64,000 nt of DNA from the NCBI RefSeq assembly GCF_009914755.1, contig NC_060938.1; one strand, 5' to 3'. The position numbers and the translations under genes are program-made. Shown here piece after piece: positions 48,522 to 62,776 of this stretch (its first letter is position 1; every line of letters begins with the position of its first letter). The notes below the pieces were generated by a model. The model saw only the letters and a list, made by a program, of their open reading frames with translations. It did no database searches and had not been told where the DNA came from. The DNA comes from the human T2T-CHM13v2.0 reference genome, Homo sapiens.

Positions 48522-49710
48522 AAAAAATTGTAATTTTTGTATTTATCCCTACCCATGTCAGACTTTTAAAGAAAGAAAAATGCTTCCCTCACAAAATAAA
48601 TGTAAGCAAAGTAAATTTTCTGAAAATTATTTAAAAATTAATAACTCTTGAACTGTGTCTCATCCCACATCCAGGTTATCTTCAGCAATCTGTGACATTA
48701 AAAAAAATTATGGCCATCTCTTATTTGATAATCCTCCTCTCCAAGTGCTGGAAATGGGATTCAGAATGTGTGTCTGGAATTGTTTTTTGTGCACACACAT
48801 AAGAAAACACTTATGTCCTTAGAACTGTATGGCTTCTATGGACCTGGTGCTGGTGCCAGGTTGTGATCTGCTTCAATCTTCTTTGCATGCTTGGTATCTC
48901 CTAGAGACTGGAAGAAAGCCCTTGCACCACTCTTTCATTGCAAGTATTCAGTATTGTGACTTCTACTTCAATTTTCTGTTATAAAAATGATTAACAATTT
49001 CCAAGAAACTGGGGTGTAATCTGTCTCTGTAATCAGAGCATTTGGGAAAATAACTTATGCTCTTAAAATTTGCAGATATTCTTAAGTGCATCGCGATTTA
49101 TTGACAAAGTATTAAAAATATTATCCCCCTATAAACAAACTGAAACGTTGAATATAAAGAAAAAAGAGCAGGATGGAAATTGTGCCCTTTAGATGGAATG
49201 GCCATCATTAATGCTGAATGATTAAAATGCATATGCAGGCACATGTCTCTCCTATCTAGACAATGGATTTGTGGATTTGCAAATCTGCATGCCCAGTGAG
49301 TCCATTTGGAGATGGAATTAATGGTTTTGTCCCTTTGATAAACCACTAACTGCCTTAAAAGTTTAATGATCCTTAGTGGGTTATTAGTGAATTGTTCCAT
49401 GGTGTAATGGTTAAATCAGTGAAATCTCACAACAGTATAGTAGCTGTATCCAAAGGAATCTGGACATTGATGAATCTGTAGGAAAAGAAGTAATTTCTTT
49501 ATTCTTCCCAGTGTGTCTCACTATATTCTTTCTTGTAAAATGCAGTTAAACATTATTGAAAGAATATGGGATATTATGTAATTATCAAATAGACTACTCC
49601 ATGTGAATTGTTTCAGTATAGTGTGCTTACGCTATGCTGGTGCATAATTATACACAATTCTCAAGTGTCTTGTGTACTGAATGTTAAAACCCTTAAGAAT
49701 AAGAATTTTA

Positions 49711-49992
49711 TTGTTCATTTCCCACCTATGAGTGAGAACATGCAGTGTTTGGTTTTTTTTCCTTGCGATAGCTTGCTGAGAATGATGGTTTCCAGCTTCA
49801 TCCATGTCCCTGCAAAGGACATGAACTCATCATTTTTTATGAAAATACATGAACACAGGAAGGGGAACATCACACACTGGGGCCTGTTGTGGGGTAGGGG
49901 TAGGGGGGAGGGATAGCATTAGGAGATATACCTAATGTTAAATGACGAGTTAATGGTGCACATGTACCCTAAAACTTAAAGTATAATAAAAA
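49711..49992 (+). mobile_element. tiny 5'-inverted L1PA4-like element
   Basis: Antisense 49711-49841, sense 49839-49992. TSD aagaataagaatttta (49695-49710) / aagaataaaaatttta (49993-50008). Confidence 0.92.
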
Positions 49993-51489
49993 AAGAATAA
50001 AAATTTTAATGTAGTTTCATTTTATAAGGTTTTACATTTGTGGAGGTAAGGGAATTCTCATTCTCAGTGAGGTTTCTCCTGTAGCAATTTGTATTTGGGT
50101 ACATTACAAATATATGATAATTAGAATTGAGGGCTTTTTATTGACTTCAAATTGCCTGCAAACCAACTGCTGACACCAGTCAATAATCTATGTACATGAT
50201 TTGGGAGAAAACCATATTCATGAGCCTGTGAAGTTATATGCCACCACTAATTGCAGTACGGGGGATTCACTTAGAACAGCTAGGGGTTTCTTTGATTATC
50301 TTGATTTGGAGACATAAAATTTCAAGGTATATTTTTATTGCTATACACTGTTATAAATTTGACTATTGACAGATAACAAAACATGACATAAGTTAGAGAA
50401 GAGAACCAAAGTCATCGAATTAAAAAAGCAAGTCCAAAAATTCTCTCCTCCATTCACTTTCCAATAGCCTAGAGACTGAATTGCAGTGCTGAGAGGCAAG
50501 TTGGGATTTTTAACTCAGTAAGCCAATATGGCAAATGTCCAGAGCATGATCACAAAACAGCTGTTTTCCTCCATAACAGGGTGAATTATAGTGCATAGTG
50601 GAGCCAACAAACCTCTTAGCATTTGTGCAAAAGGTTCTTTTGCCAGCCAGGGAGCAAGCATCAACAAGCATTGGCTTTGGAAAAGTTGGCATCATTTAAC
50701 TATTTGCCCATGACAAAAGTCTTACCTATGAGAAGTTTTGTTAAATATTTCCTAAAGGATCTAAGATAGTGATGAGGAAGAAGACATCATAAGTGAAAAC
50801 AGGTGTGGGATTTTCACAAAAAATGCCTTTACAAAATACCATGACTTTTGAGTTCTTATTTATAGTGATAGAAATGCAATTCTCAAAGATAACATTATTA
50901 GCATCTGAAACTTTTAATATACAGATCTATAATCCAGATCTGTGCAACCAAGAAACCACTGGGACCCATCACCATCAAAGTCAGAAAATCTGGAGGTTAC
51001 ACGAACTTATACTTCATCCCTGAGCAGGAGACTTAGTGGCCTTCTATGAAATATGGATAAGAAACAGAGGCCATGCTTATTATGCTTAAGAATTTTTTTA
51101 AAATTATAGTCAAATCGAATAAGAGTTGGGTTATTAATTGCAGTGAATTTCAACAAATGAGAAGAACTGAAGACATTTGAGTATAAAAAAAATTCTATAG
51201 AAAAATTTGTGAAGAAAAGCTAAAAATATAACCTCAAAATGTAGGACATTATGATTTTCCTTTTGGCTAAATCAAGTCTGTGAGCCCCTGCCTCAGAGGC
51301 TGGGGCTTATATTTGTATATTTCCAGTCAGGGTAACTAGTGTTACTTAAGGTTACATTCCTAAGTGTTATGTATTTCTCATAACTCTTTTCAATTTGTGA
51401 CACTGGCACATAATCCCAAGGCAAATACTCCAATAAAGACAGGATTGATATAATGGCATTTTTCTTAATTATTAACCTTTTTAATCTTA

Positions 51490-51648
51490 AAACTGTAGCT
51501 ATCTGAGCCTTCTGTGAAATTTTGCAAAAATATGTATAGCTGATTCCTACCTTGTGGAGATTCTAATTCAGAAATTTGAGGGTAGAATAAAACATCCTTA
51601 TTTTTCAAAAAGTAAATCTGATGTTCACAGAATTTTGAGAACTGCTGC
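51490..51648. mobile_element. MER5-type DNA transposon
   Basis: gagattctaattcagaaatttgagg...ttttgagaactgctg. Confidence 0.55.
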
Positions 51649-51902
51649 ATTAAATTATTTATGAATTGAAAAGATCACATATTTTCCTTTGAAAACTCAA
51701 GCTCCTTAAGAGAAAAGATTGGTTTTGCGCACGAAAGTTTTGACTTCTGGAAGAGCATGCTGCAGCCCCGTGGAAGCCAAGACACACATAGCAAAAAGAA
51801 AAAAAAAAAAAAGCATAGTTTGTGCTTATTATATCCCTTATGTACACTTAGCCTAAATATACTTCAAAGTAGTCTCGATGGTTCCATTGAATTTTAGCTC
51901 TG

Positions 51903-52262
51903 CATCATGGTCTGAATGTTTGTGTCCTCCAAAATTCATGTATTGAAATCCCAACCCCCAATGTGATGGTATTAGAAAGTCAGGTGATTAGGTCATAAGG
52001 CTGGAGCCCTCATGAATGGGATTACTGCCTTTATAAGAAAAGACACAGATGCTTTCTCTCTCTCTCTGTCTCTGTCTCTGTCTCTGCTCTGGGTCATGTG
52101 AGGATAAGATGAGAAGAGGGTCGTCTACCAACCAGAAAAAGTGGATCTTCCAACTCTTTGATCTTGGACTTATCAGCCACCAGAACTCTGAGGAATAAAT
52201 GTTTGTTATTTAAGCTCACAGCCTTTGGTATTTTGCTTTTACAGCCTAAACTGACTAAGATG
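51903..52262 (+). mobile_element. MLT1A-type solo LTR
   Basis: atggtctgaatgtttgtgtcctccaaaattcatg...gactaaga. Confidence 0.87.
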
Positions 52263-52515
52263 CTTGGCTCATTCATTAATGGTCAACTTGGACCCTTTGG
52301 CTCAGTGAACTAATAATTTGCCTATCTTGGGTGCCTACTCTGTTTTCCTCTTGGAGTCATAACGAGTTGTTTTTCTTTCCTTGTTAGATAACATCTGGAA
52401 TGATTTCTAAGTAACTGATTATTTTGTTCCATTTTCTTGGGTGCTTATTAGAATAAGGACAAGGCTTTTCATCTCTTATTCATTATTATAGTCCTACCAC
52501 CTAGAAAAGTTTAAG

Positions 52516-52957
52516 TGTAGTGGTGTGGCTTACATAGTATCCCTCTAAATTTCGGATCCATCTGGAACATCAGAATGTGATCTTATTTGGAATTAGAATC
52601 TTAGAGATATAATTAGTAAAGAACCTGAGTATGGAATCATCCTGAATTAAAGGTGGGCTCTAAATTTGATGACTGAGGTTCTTATAAAAGAGAAAGGGAC
52701 ACAGACACAGAGGAGACAATGTGATGGTAGCAGCAGAGATTGGAGTGATGTATCTACAAGCTAAGGTATGCTAGGAGCCATCAGAAAGTGGTAGAAGCAA
52801 AGAATGACTCTTTCCCAGAGTCTTCTGAGGCAGCATGTAACTGCTGACCCCTTGATTTTAGACTTCTAGGCTTCAAAGCTATAACAGAATACATTTCTGT
52901 TGTGTTAAGTCACCTAGTTCGTGATACGTTGTTAAGCTGCTGTAGGAAATGAACACA
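52516..52957 (+). mobile_element. MLT1C solo LTR inserted in an L2 3' end
   Basis: cagaatgtgatcttatttggaa; gcagagattggagtgatg; ends ggaaatgaacaca; L2 tail resumes (gtgctcaatagcaatctgttgaatga). Confidence 0.85.
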
Positions 52958-53099
52958 ATGAGTGCTCAATAGCAATCTGTTGAATGATTGTAAATGGATA
53001 AATACATTCTGTATAGTTGTTCGCTGCAATAGTTTACCTTCTTTGTGGGCACAGTTCTGAGAGGAACTTATAATACTTAAACTTTATAATAACTTACAG

Positions 53100-53347
53100 A
53101 TATTTGTAACCCAACAGCAGATATTTTAATGGATTTTTAGCAGTAATTTAAAATACAATAGAATAAAATATTATATAATTCAATATAATAAAAAATATTA
53201 CAGGTTATCACACATTTTAAAGGTAAATATTGTGTGAAAATTATGTCCCAGTTATGTGCGCTTATGTGTGTGTAGATGCACTGTGTTGTAACATAAAATA
53301 TGTTTTACTTTGGGCTATAATAAAATAAAAATATTTGAAAACCACTG
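53100..53347. mobile_element. hAT-Charlie (Charlie4-like) fragment
   Basis: Ends taaaatatgttttactttggg...tttgaaaaccactg. Confidence 0.45.
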
Positions 53348-53479
53348 GTCCAGAGATATGTTACTCATAGTTAGTGGAGCCAGTACAGTGTCTTTTATAT
53401 TACTTATGAAAAATATATAATTTTATTCTGTCAGAGCATTGAAAATTTACTGTAATATCTTCATAAATACCAGGAATAC

Positions 53480-54010
53480 ATACTGAGAATAAAGGAGTAA
53501 AATTTTATGAAATAATCTTATACATAGAAATAAGGAATCTTAAAATAACTGGAAATAATGAGTTTACAAGGTTGCAGAATACAAGGTCAATGTGCAGAGA
53601 TAGACTGTATTTCCCTACTGACAGTTGAGAATTGAAATATTACAAAATACCACTACAATAACCTCCAAAAGCATTACATCAAGCAAAATATGTCAAGACC
53701 TTTTCATTGAATACTAAAAACACTGCTAATAGAAATTTTAAAATACTTAAAGTGATATATCATGTTCATGAATTGAAATAATATATGTTAAGGTGTCAAT
53801 TTTCTGCTGATTGATCTATAAATTCAATACAATTCTAATCAAAATTTCACAGTCCCTTTGATTGACATTTAGAAGTTAAGATTCTAAAATGTATTTAGGA
53901 ATGCAACACCTTTAAAATAGCCAAAACAATTTTGAAAAAGAACAAATTTGGAAGACTATACCTGATTCCATATGCTAACTGATTCCTCTCAGTAATCAAA
54001 AGAATGTGAT
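53480..54010 (+). mobile_element. L1ME-type ORF2 fragment
   Basis: aaggttgcagaatacaaggtcaat; aatagccaaaacaattttgaaaaagaacaaa. Confidence 0.7.
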
Positions 54011-54019
54011 TTTGGGGTG

Positions 54020-57000
54020 AGGGTTTTTATTTTGAATGTGTGTTGATTTATGTAAAATGCTTTTCCTATACCTGTTGAAATGTTCGTATTTTTAGCATAA
54101 ATCTTTTCATGTGAATGATATTGACTTTTAGAATGCTATACCAACTTTGCATTCATGACATATATTCCATATGGATTTGCTATACTATTCTTTTGATAAG
54201 AAGGTAGATTGTTAAAACTTTCTTAAGAATTTTCACATCTAAGTTTCTGAGGAATGTTGTTTTGTTATTTAGTATTTTCTTATTTGCTTTGTTATCAGTG
54301 TAATGAGGACTCATATAATAGGTTGAGAAATGTTTCCTTCTATTTTGTATGTGTATAGTATTGGAATTAATTCTTCCTTAAAAATTAGACGTTATGAGAA
54401 TTTGGAATTTTCTTTATAGGAAAGTTTTAATCATAAATTTGGTTTAAAAAATAAATATAGGGCTGTAAATGTGTTTTATCTCTTTTTGAGATGGTTCTGG
54501 CAACTTTTCTCTTTTAAACAATTTTGCCACTTAAGTTGTTTATAATATGTTATATATATTTTTAAATGTTTGCAAGATCTGTAGCGATACCCTGTTTCAG
54601 ATGGGTAGATAGTCATTTAAATTCATTAATTAAAAATATTGGCTTCATTGATTTTCTGTGTTGTTATTTTGTGTTGTGTTTCACTGATTTCTCTTGCTTT
54701 CATATATATATATATACACACATATATATAAAATACTTTATTTTTTTATATATACATATATAATACTTTATAAAATACTATATATTTTATGTATATATAT
54801 ATATATACATAAAATACTTTAAGTTCAAGGGTACATGTGCACAACGTACAGGTTTGTTACATAGATATACATGTGCCATGATGGTTTGCTGCACCCATCA
54901 ACTCATCATTTACATTAGGTATTTCTCCTAATGCTATCCCTCCCCCAGCCCTCCACCCCTCAACAGGCCCCGGTGTGTGATTTTCCCCTCCCTGTGTCCG
55001 TGTGTTCTCATTGTTCAACTCCCACTTGTGAGTGAGAGCATGCAGTGTTTGGTTTTCTGTCCTTGTGATATTTTGCGAGAATGATGGTTTCCAGCTTCAT
55101 CCAGGTTTTTATTTTTATGATTTATTAATTTGGAAGTATTATCATTGGCTTGAGGTTCTTCTTATTTTTTAATATTAGCATTTAATGATTTGTATTTTAA
55201 ACCTTGCATTATTTAGAAGTGTGCTGTTTAATATTGACATGCTTTTTAATTCTCTAGAGGTCTTTCTGTTATTGTTAGTTTATTCCGTTGTCACAGAACA
55301 TTTTCTCATTTTATCATTCTTAATGTTACTGACAATTGTTTTATTACTCAGAATTTCATGAATCTTGGTGATTATTCCATGTATGCTTGAAAATAATGTA
55401 AATGGTTCAGTTTTTGGTGTGTTCTGTAAATGTCAATAAAGTCTAGTTGATTGATGGTGTTGTACTCTTTGTATATTGTTCTAGCAATTAATGTGAGAAG
55501 TGTGTTTAAATATTCTACAGTTGTAGAGTTTTCTATTCTTTCAGTTCTGTCCATTTTAATTCATGTATTTTGAATCATTTTTGTCTTCATACACATTTGA
55601 GATCTCTTTGATTGTTTGATGAACAGGCCCCTTTCCTTGTCATGAAATATTCTTCTCTGTAATAATATTTTTTCTGAACCCTAGTTTATCTGATGTTAGT
55701 ACTGTACCTGCTTACTAAATTCAGTACACGCCCATCACCATGATATCCTTGAACCCCCCTCTCTCTCCTCAACTCAGTGAGAATTCTAGGCTCTGTTTGA
55801 GTCCTGCCTCTTTGGTCTGCAGCTTAGAATATGTCTCCAAACAGAAAACCTGGAATATTAGAAAACTTAACTTATTTAATTTTATTCTTTCAGGAAGGGT
55901 CATAGTCCTACACAGCCAGAAAATAGTTGTTTACATATTCTGTCACATGTTCTAGGTATTTTTACAGTGGGGATAATTCTAGCTCCTGTTATACAGTATG
56001 GCCTAAAGCAGAACTCAGGATATACTTTCTTTCATATCAATTTTTCATTATTCTAGAACTTTATTTAAAGGTTATTATTTTGTCACTATATTGTAGTATT
56101 CCTTTGTCATAAATTAGATGACTATATACATTTTAGACTGTTCTTGGAATTACTTTTCTGCTCAATGGTTCGATTTGCTCATCCTTATAGCAATATCATA
56201 AGGTCTTACTATGGATTTCTAATGGTTTTTGATATGTAGTAATCTAAGTTCTTAACAGAAATCTTCTTCAGGAATGTCTTGTAAATACTGGACTATTTGC
56301 ATTCCCTGTGAATTTTAAATTCAATTTGTTTTTACGGAAATAACTAACATAATTTTTAGTAAACATACATTTAATCTACAGATTATTTTGTATAGAACTT
56401 TTAAGATAAGTATTCCAATTTATGAATATAGCATATCATTCCATTTATTCAGATGTTCCTTACTTTCTCACAATAAGGTTCTAGTGTTGAGGTCTATTGC
56501 ATCTGTGGCTAGGTATTTGATATTTTTCAGCATATTATTTTAACATTTTATCTTCTATTTGTTTACTGCTGACATGTAATTATTAAAATAATTTTGCATA
56601 TTAAACCTGCATCCTGCAGTTACAAAGTCTACTTATTTGTATATTCTGTTCATAGATTTCTTAGGCAGTTTTACTTATTTCTTTACAGTTCTTGTATTAC
56701 TTATACTTTTCTTTGGTCTTACTGAGCTGGCTAGTATCCTTGATACAGTTTCAAATAGAAATGATGAGAGCATGTTTCTTTGTTCTCATTCCCAATCTCA
56801 GAGAGGATACTGTCAAGATTTCTCCATTAAGTATAATATTTTATTATTTCTCAAATAATCTGGTCTATTTACAAGTGTACAATTTTTATTTTATTCTATG
56901 GGCTATCTATAAAACAATATTGGGAACTGAAGATGGTAGTATCTTTCAAGAGAAAGAGTTATTTTCTTTTTCTAGCAGAGCGATGACCTGATCATCTCAA

Positions 57001-58000
57001 TACATCCAAGGAAAAGTTGAATGGGAGCTGAGTAACAGTTAGAGCAGGAATAACTCTACATCTGAATTGCCCTTGTTTTTTTGTGTGTCTATTTTGATTG
57101 TGAGCTTTGTAAGTCTCTTTCGCTCAGCTCTGAAATATTGACACAGCCCCAACCTTTAGAGCTTTTCAATCTCCCACCCTACAGGGCTTCATAATTTGGG
57201 CAATATTTCGAGGTGAGACTGGTTGTGTGTTTGAGGTTATTGAAATTGTTCATTTTATCACTTCGGCCTCCGGTGAATGCCAGAATTCCTGCTGCTCTCT
57301 CTGTCCCCAGCACTGGCCTCTAAGAGGGCCAGCCTTGGTTCTTAGCCTCCCCTTGCCCCCCCAGAGTTGGACCAAACTGACATTTGTGAAGACGCGGTGC
57401 AAACTCAGGGACAATCCAGCATCCCATCCCGGGCTTTCATCTCTTGACTATTTTGTTTCAGGTCCTCTTCCTTTAGCAATTGTTTCCCCAATACCCCACG
57501 TTTAGAATGTCTTTTATGAAGACTTCTAAATGCTCTCAGCCAAACTTTTTTCCCTCTTACCCAGACTCTGAATTCAGTATACATCTTCAGAGGATGTCTC
57601 TGTGTGGTCTATAGGATCTCCAAGCTTCCGATTCTACCACTCAAGGCCCTGACAACTGTTGAAAGCTTTGCTCGATGTTTCTTTCCCCAGAAGATGCCCT
57701 CTACCTAGTGTAGGCATTGATCCACAGTCTGCATTCAGAATCATCAGATGCCTCCTTCTGCCCATTCTGGGGCAGGGAAAATTTTAAACAGAAGCAGAAA
57801 CAATAGCAACAAAAGGTTGCTGAGTTATCAGCTCACTTCTAACCAGTTTTTCACTTTCTGGAAATGATTTAGCTCTCATTACTTCACAGCACTCTGATGC
57901 CTTTAAAATGTTTTTTTTTGTTTGTTTGTCTGTAATTTATGCATGCTTTACTAGCTCTTGCCAGCAAGAGCCATTGACCTGCCCAGGCTTACTGAATCCT
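54020..58000 (-). mobile_element. patchwork of ancient antisense L1M fragments
   Basis: Degenerate antisense ORF2 and 5'UTR motifs; ORF 55372-55554 resembles the L1 EN C-terminus (INQLDFIDIYRT). Confidence 0.6.
54815..55103 (-). mobile_element. L1PA6-like 3' fragment
   Basis: tactttaagttcaagggtacatgtgcacaacg...catttacattaggtatttctcctaatgc. Confidence 0.9.
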
Positions 58001-58727
58001 ACCCTACTTTTTATTTCAAATGAATAAGCTTTCCTTTGCAGGTAATGATAAGGCAATAATTAAACACAGCTCATTAAGAGTGGGACAAATTAACATTATG
58101 TCTTTCTAATATGATGTTTTATGTAGTATTTTTGCCAAAAATATTTAACCTGAATCTAATTAAGCCTTTTGATAGAACCACAAGGAAACAATCAGTGAAA
58201 TGTATAACAGGGGACTTTCTACATAACTGGCCTTGAATCTTCACAGAAAAACTGTCATGAGTAAAAATTAGGAAACTACTAAGACACTGAAGATACATTA
58301 CAAACAAATGTAATGTGTGAAACCTTCAGTCTTGGTTAAAAAATAAATAAAAACCAGAATTTATTTTAAATGCAATGGAAGTGCATTGAATTTATAGATC
58401 AATTCAGGGAGCATGAATATCATTACAATATTATCATCTTCATCTGAGCACAGTATTCACTATTTTTCTATTTATTTAAATATATCAAGACTTCAAAATT
58501 ATCTTTATATGCAGCATGAATATGTCTTCAGTTTATTTCTAGATATTTAAATATTTCTCTTGCTACTGTAAATGGGAGAGCACCTTCTGGCACATTGTTT
58601 TACATGAAAAATGTGTTATACATAAAAATAATTAATTTGAAAATGTAATGAATCATTAAATAAACCTCAATATATTTCAATTCATATTAAAATGCCATAT
58701 TAGCAGTATATTTAAGCCCTTCTTTTC

Positions 58728-59012
58728 CAGTTATCTTTTGTTGCATATCAATCTACTTCAAAACTTAGGGATTTAAAATAACAATATTTTGCTCATGAAT
58801 CTGCAATTTGGAAGGGCTTGGCAGGGACATCTTGTCTTTGCTCCACTCAGTGTCAGCTGGTGTGACTTGAAAATTAGGGACTAAACTCAGTTTAGGGTTC
58901 ATCCACTTGCATTCCTGGCTACAGCTTGGGACTTTAGGTGGGTCTATCAGCCAGACCGCCTATATGTGCCTTGAAGTACACGATATGGCTGAGTTTCAAA
59001 GGTGAGAATGCC
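58728..59012 (-). mobile_element. MLT1G/H-type LTR fragment
   Basis: caaaacttagggatttaaaataacaa...gctcatgaatctgcaatttgg. Confidence 0.65.
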
Positions 59013-59029
59013 AATCTAATTTTTCCTGC

Positions 59030-60110
59030 TCTAATGTGTTCATTGATTCCTGTAACACAATTTACCTATGGTGTTATTAATGAAAATCTAGGTAATTTCC
59101 AGTTTTGTTCTCTTATGAATAACACTCCTATGTGTTTTGTCCTACATAGTTCCTGGGCACATATGCAATCATTTTTCTAGGGCAAATATCTATGAATCAA
59201 ATTGTTGGCTCATTTATACATGCTCAAATGTGCTAAATAACCACAAATTGTTTTACTTAGTGGTGGTGTCAATTTATGTAACTACCAATAGTGTAAGAGT
59301 TCATCTTTAGACCCCCTATTAGCCAAGAAATGATAATGTCATACTTTTAATCTTTGCTAATCTAGTGTATGTGAGTGGTGGCTCATTGTTTATTCTCTCT
59401 TCACTGATGATTTTGAGTGCAGTCTGTGTGTGCATTTTTTTTTACATGTTTCTTTTATATTGTTGATCTTTTTCTAATTGACATATGGGAATTTAAAAAA
59501 ATTTCACTTATTAATATTTTTCAGTGTAAATGTGCCAAAAATCTTCTTGTTATGGGTTTTCTTATCATTTTCTTTACTGTGTTCTTGACATATACAATTA
59601 GAGGATTCAAATTTAGTAAAATAAATCACTCCTTGTACTATAGTTTGTGATTTTTGTGCCATTAAAAAAAATTCCCTGCCCCAAATTCTTAAATATATTC
59701 TCACATAATATCTTCTCAAAGTTTAAAAATCTTTCCCCTTACATGTATCACTTTATCTGGTAGAAATATATTTTTTAAAAAATATGATGTCAGGAAAAAA
59801 GCAATATTCAGTTTTATTTTGTTTATTCCTCACAAATGTTCTTGAAAAGGATCCATAGACTGCACTCTTGGGAGCAGTATTTTTCTGTACAACGACTGGA
59901 TTGAATTTGTTAGTTTGCATCATTCTAATCATTTATGAATTTACAGATTACTTGGCTGATTGACTAATTGTTAAAATAGATTAAACTGCCTTTCTCTGAA
60001 GACGAATTTCTCATTTGCTACTTTTAGTTTTGTCAATTTGTGCTTTATATATTTGAAGTTATTAGGTACAGCATTGAATTTATTACATCTTTCAAGTGAA
60101 TGTAATTTTT
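59030..60110 (-). mobile_element. L1ME-type fragments
   Basis: tttccagttttgttctcttatgaataac; ccacaaattgttttac...aatttatgtaactacc. Confidence 0.6.
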
Positions 60111-61399
60111 CATGTAAATTGTACACACTATATAAAGCACTTCTCTGTATATTTAATGTTCTTTCTTATCCTAACTAATGACTAAATATCACCTCTTCAA
60201 AGGTTACTCCTTCATCTGTATCCTAAATCCTTACTTTTCCTCTACATATGTTTCTGCATGTCCACTTTCTACATGTTTTTCATCAGTATATTCAAATATA
60301 GTCTGCCCCAAATTAAATAATTATATTTCTTCTTACATCTGCATTTTTCTTATTTTTTCTGCTTTATTTAATAGAGTCATTTTGTGCAAGGCATCCATGC
60401 TTAAAACATGACTCATTTACTCTCTTTTGTCTTATATTTTCATGTATAGTTTATTTTTCAAGTATTATTGAATCTACCCGTACAGGGTAATCCTTATCAG
60501 TCCACACAGACAGCAACAACAGTTGTAAATCCTCAGTACTCTCTCTTTAAACACTGTAAAGCAACCCATTTTCCCCATTTTCATTCAATATTTTTTATAC
60601 ATTAGCATGTAGATCAAACTTCTGGAACAAATATTTAGATTACATAATGTTTCCTTTTAAAATGGTTTAATAACAGTGATTTAAAATATGGAACTCTGTG
60701 GTCCTCTTTGGAACTCAATGGTCCTCTTCTACTGAATGTCTTTTATTTTGAATTCTATTCAGATTCACCATCTCTTCATTTCCACCCTGCTTTTGTCTGC
60801 AGCAGAGGCTCAAGTATCATGGGCTACATTCACATCCTTCAGTTTCTTGTACATTGTTTATTCTCCCTGCCCTATCCTTGCAGCCTTGGTCTGGTTGTGT
60901 CCCACTGCTGAAAGTTTACAGCTCTTGACAATGTGGTTTTCTTTATGGGATGCTCTCCTTCCAATTTCCAGTAACATCTTCTCCTTACTCTTTCAGATGC
61001 AAAGGTTGAACTAGCCCCCACCCCCTTACTATCTCTGGGGCATTGCACTCATCCTGTTATGATATTTTTATAGATTATCCCTTTATTAAACTCTCTTGTA
61101 TTATACTAATTTTGTTGTATCATCTTTTTCCTGACTGAAAATCTATTTCCAAGTCCTGACCCCGCCATTTACTCCTGGGTAAACTTTGCAAATTCATTTA
61201 ATGTTATTTTTAATAACATTTATGCATTCATATATATTATATCTTTATGTAATAGTTAATGTTATTTTGGTCCTCTAAAATGTAGACTACATAGAAATAC
61301 TTAGAAAAGTTTTTGTGACATATATAGTGCTCAATATATGCTATATTATTATTTATAAAATGAAATTGAATTTCCTTAGCTTGGTATTAAAGACATGCT

Positions 61400-62071
61400 A
61401 GAAGAAGAGGAGAGGTAAACATATAATCTCCTTTCTCTGTAACAGGCAGAGAATCCTGGGAAACATTCTGGGAAACAACCAGAGCATCCCGAGTAGAATT
61501 AAGCCACAGTTATTCATGATGGAAATCAGCTTAATAAACGACACTTGCATTTGTGTTTCCTCTTGCTTTATTTCATTACATTGTCCTTTCACTTCTGTAC
61601 TCTAGATGACTTTCCCAAACAAACACTTCATGTTTGTCTTAGTCTATTTTGTGCCACCATAACAAAATACCACAAATTGGGTAGTTCATACGGAAAGTAA
61701 ATTTATTTCACACAGTTGAGGAGGCTGAGAAGTTCAAAATCAAGATCCAGGGGCCTGTATCTGGTGAGGGCCTTCTTGTTGTGTCATCCCGTGGCAGAAG
61801 GTGGAAGGACAAGAGGGCACGAGAGAGCAAGAAGAGGCAGCCAAACTCACTTTTATAACAAAACCACTCTCATGATAACTAATCTCACTCCCCTGAAAAC
61901 AACATGAATCCATTCATGAGGGCTGAGCCTCTCATGAGGTTCCACCTCCCAACACTGTTGCTTTGGAGACTAAATTACCAATGCATGAAATTTGGTGGAT
62001 ACATTCAAACTAGAGCAATATTTAAATCCTTATGTAAGGCTCTGTTTGCAAAGGTATCACAAGCTAAGACA
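61400..62071 (+). mobile_element. LTR16-like LTR split by MST
   Basis: ttcccaaacaaacacttc [MST] aaatcctt...ggctctgtttg...aagctaagaca reconstitutes an LTR16-type 3' end. Confidence 0.55.
61635..62017 (-). mobile_element. MSTC/MSTD-type solo LTR
   Basis: tgtcttagtc...acattcaaactagagca; TSD atgtt/atatt. Confidence 0.88.
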
Positions 62072-62283
62072 AAATTACTGGGATTAACTTTTGGATGCTG
62101 TGGTTAGAGGATGTTTTGGCTGTTAGGTAAAGTGTAAGCTCCAGTCACTAGCATATACTGAGAAATGCTGAAGCTGATATATTAAACTCTTCTTCAAAAA
62201 GCATTTACTATTCCTTAAATCTGTATTACCAACACTTTATCAGCATTTATCACCAACTTTTGGGACCAGGATAAAATAACAAT

Positions 62284-62776
62284 TGTGTATGTGTATGTAT
62301 ATATATACACACACACACTATATATACATACACTATATATATACACACTATATATATATACACTATATATATACACTATATATACACACTATATGTATAC
62401 ACTGTATATATACACACACACACATAAACTATATCTATCTATCTATACAAATACACATATAGTGCTGTATGTGTGTATGTGTATATATAAATATTGTGGT
62501 TTATAGTATATATGTATAGTAGTGTATGTATAGTGTGTATGTGTATATATATGTAGTGATATATGTATGTGTGTAGGTGTGTGTATAATGGTGTATACAT
62601 ATATGTATACAGCACATACATCACTATATATGTGTTTGTGTATATATGTATATGTATATACACACCACTATATATACATATACACACACATATACTACTA
62701 CACTATATACACACTCATACACCACACACACACATGCACACATACATGCACACATATATATATGTCTGTGTATGTA
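62284..62776. repeat. complex TA/CA/TG low-complexity array
   Basis: About 490 bp of alternating purine-pyrimidine sequence, including ~14-bp cactatatatata units. Confidence 0.95.
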
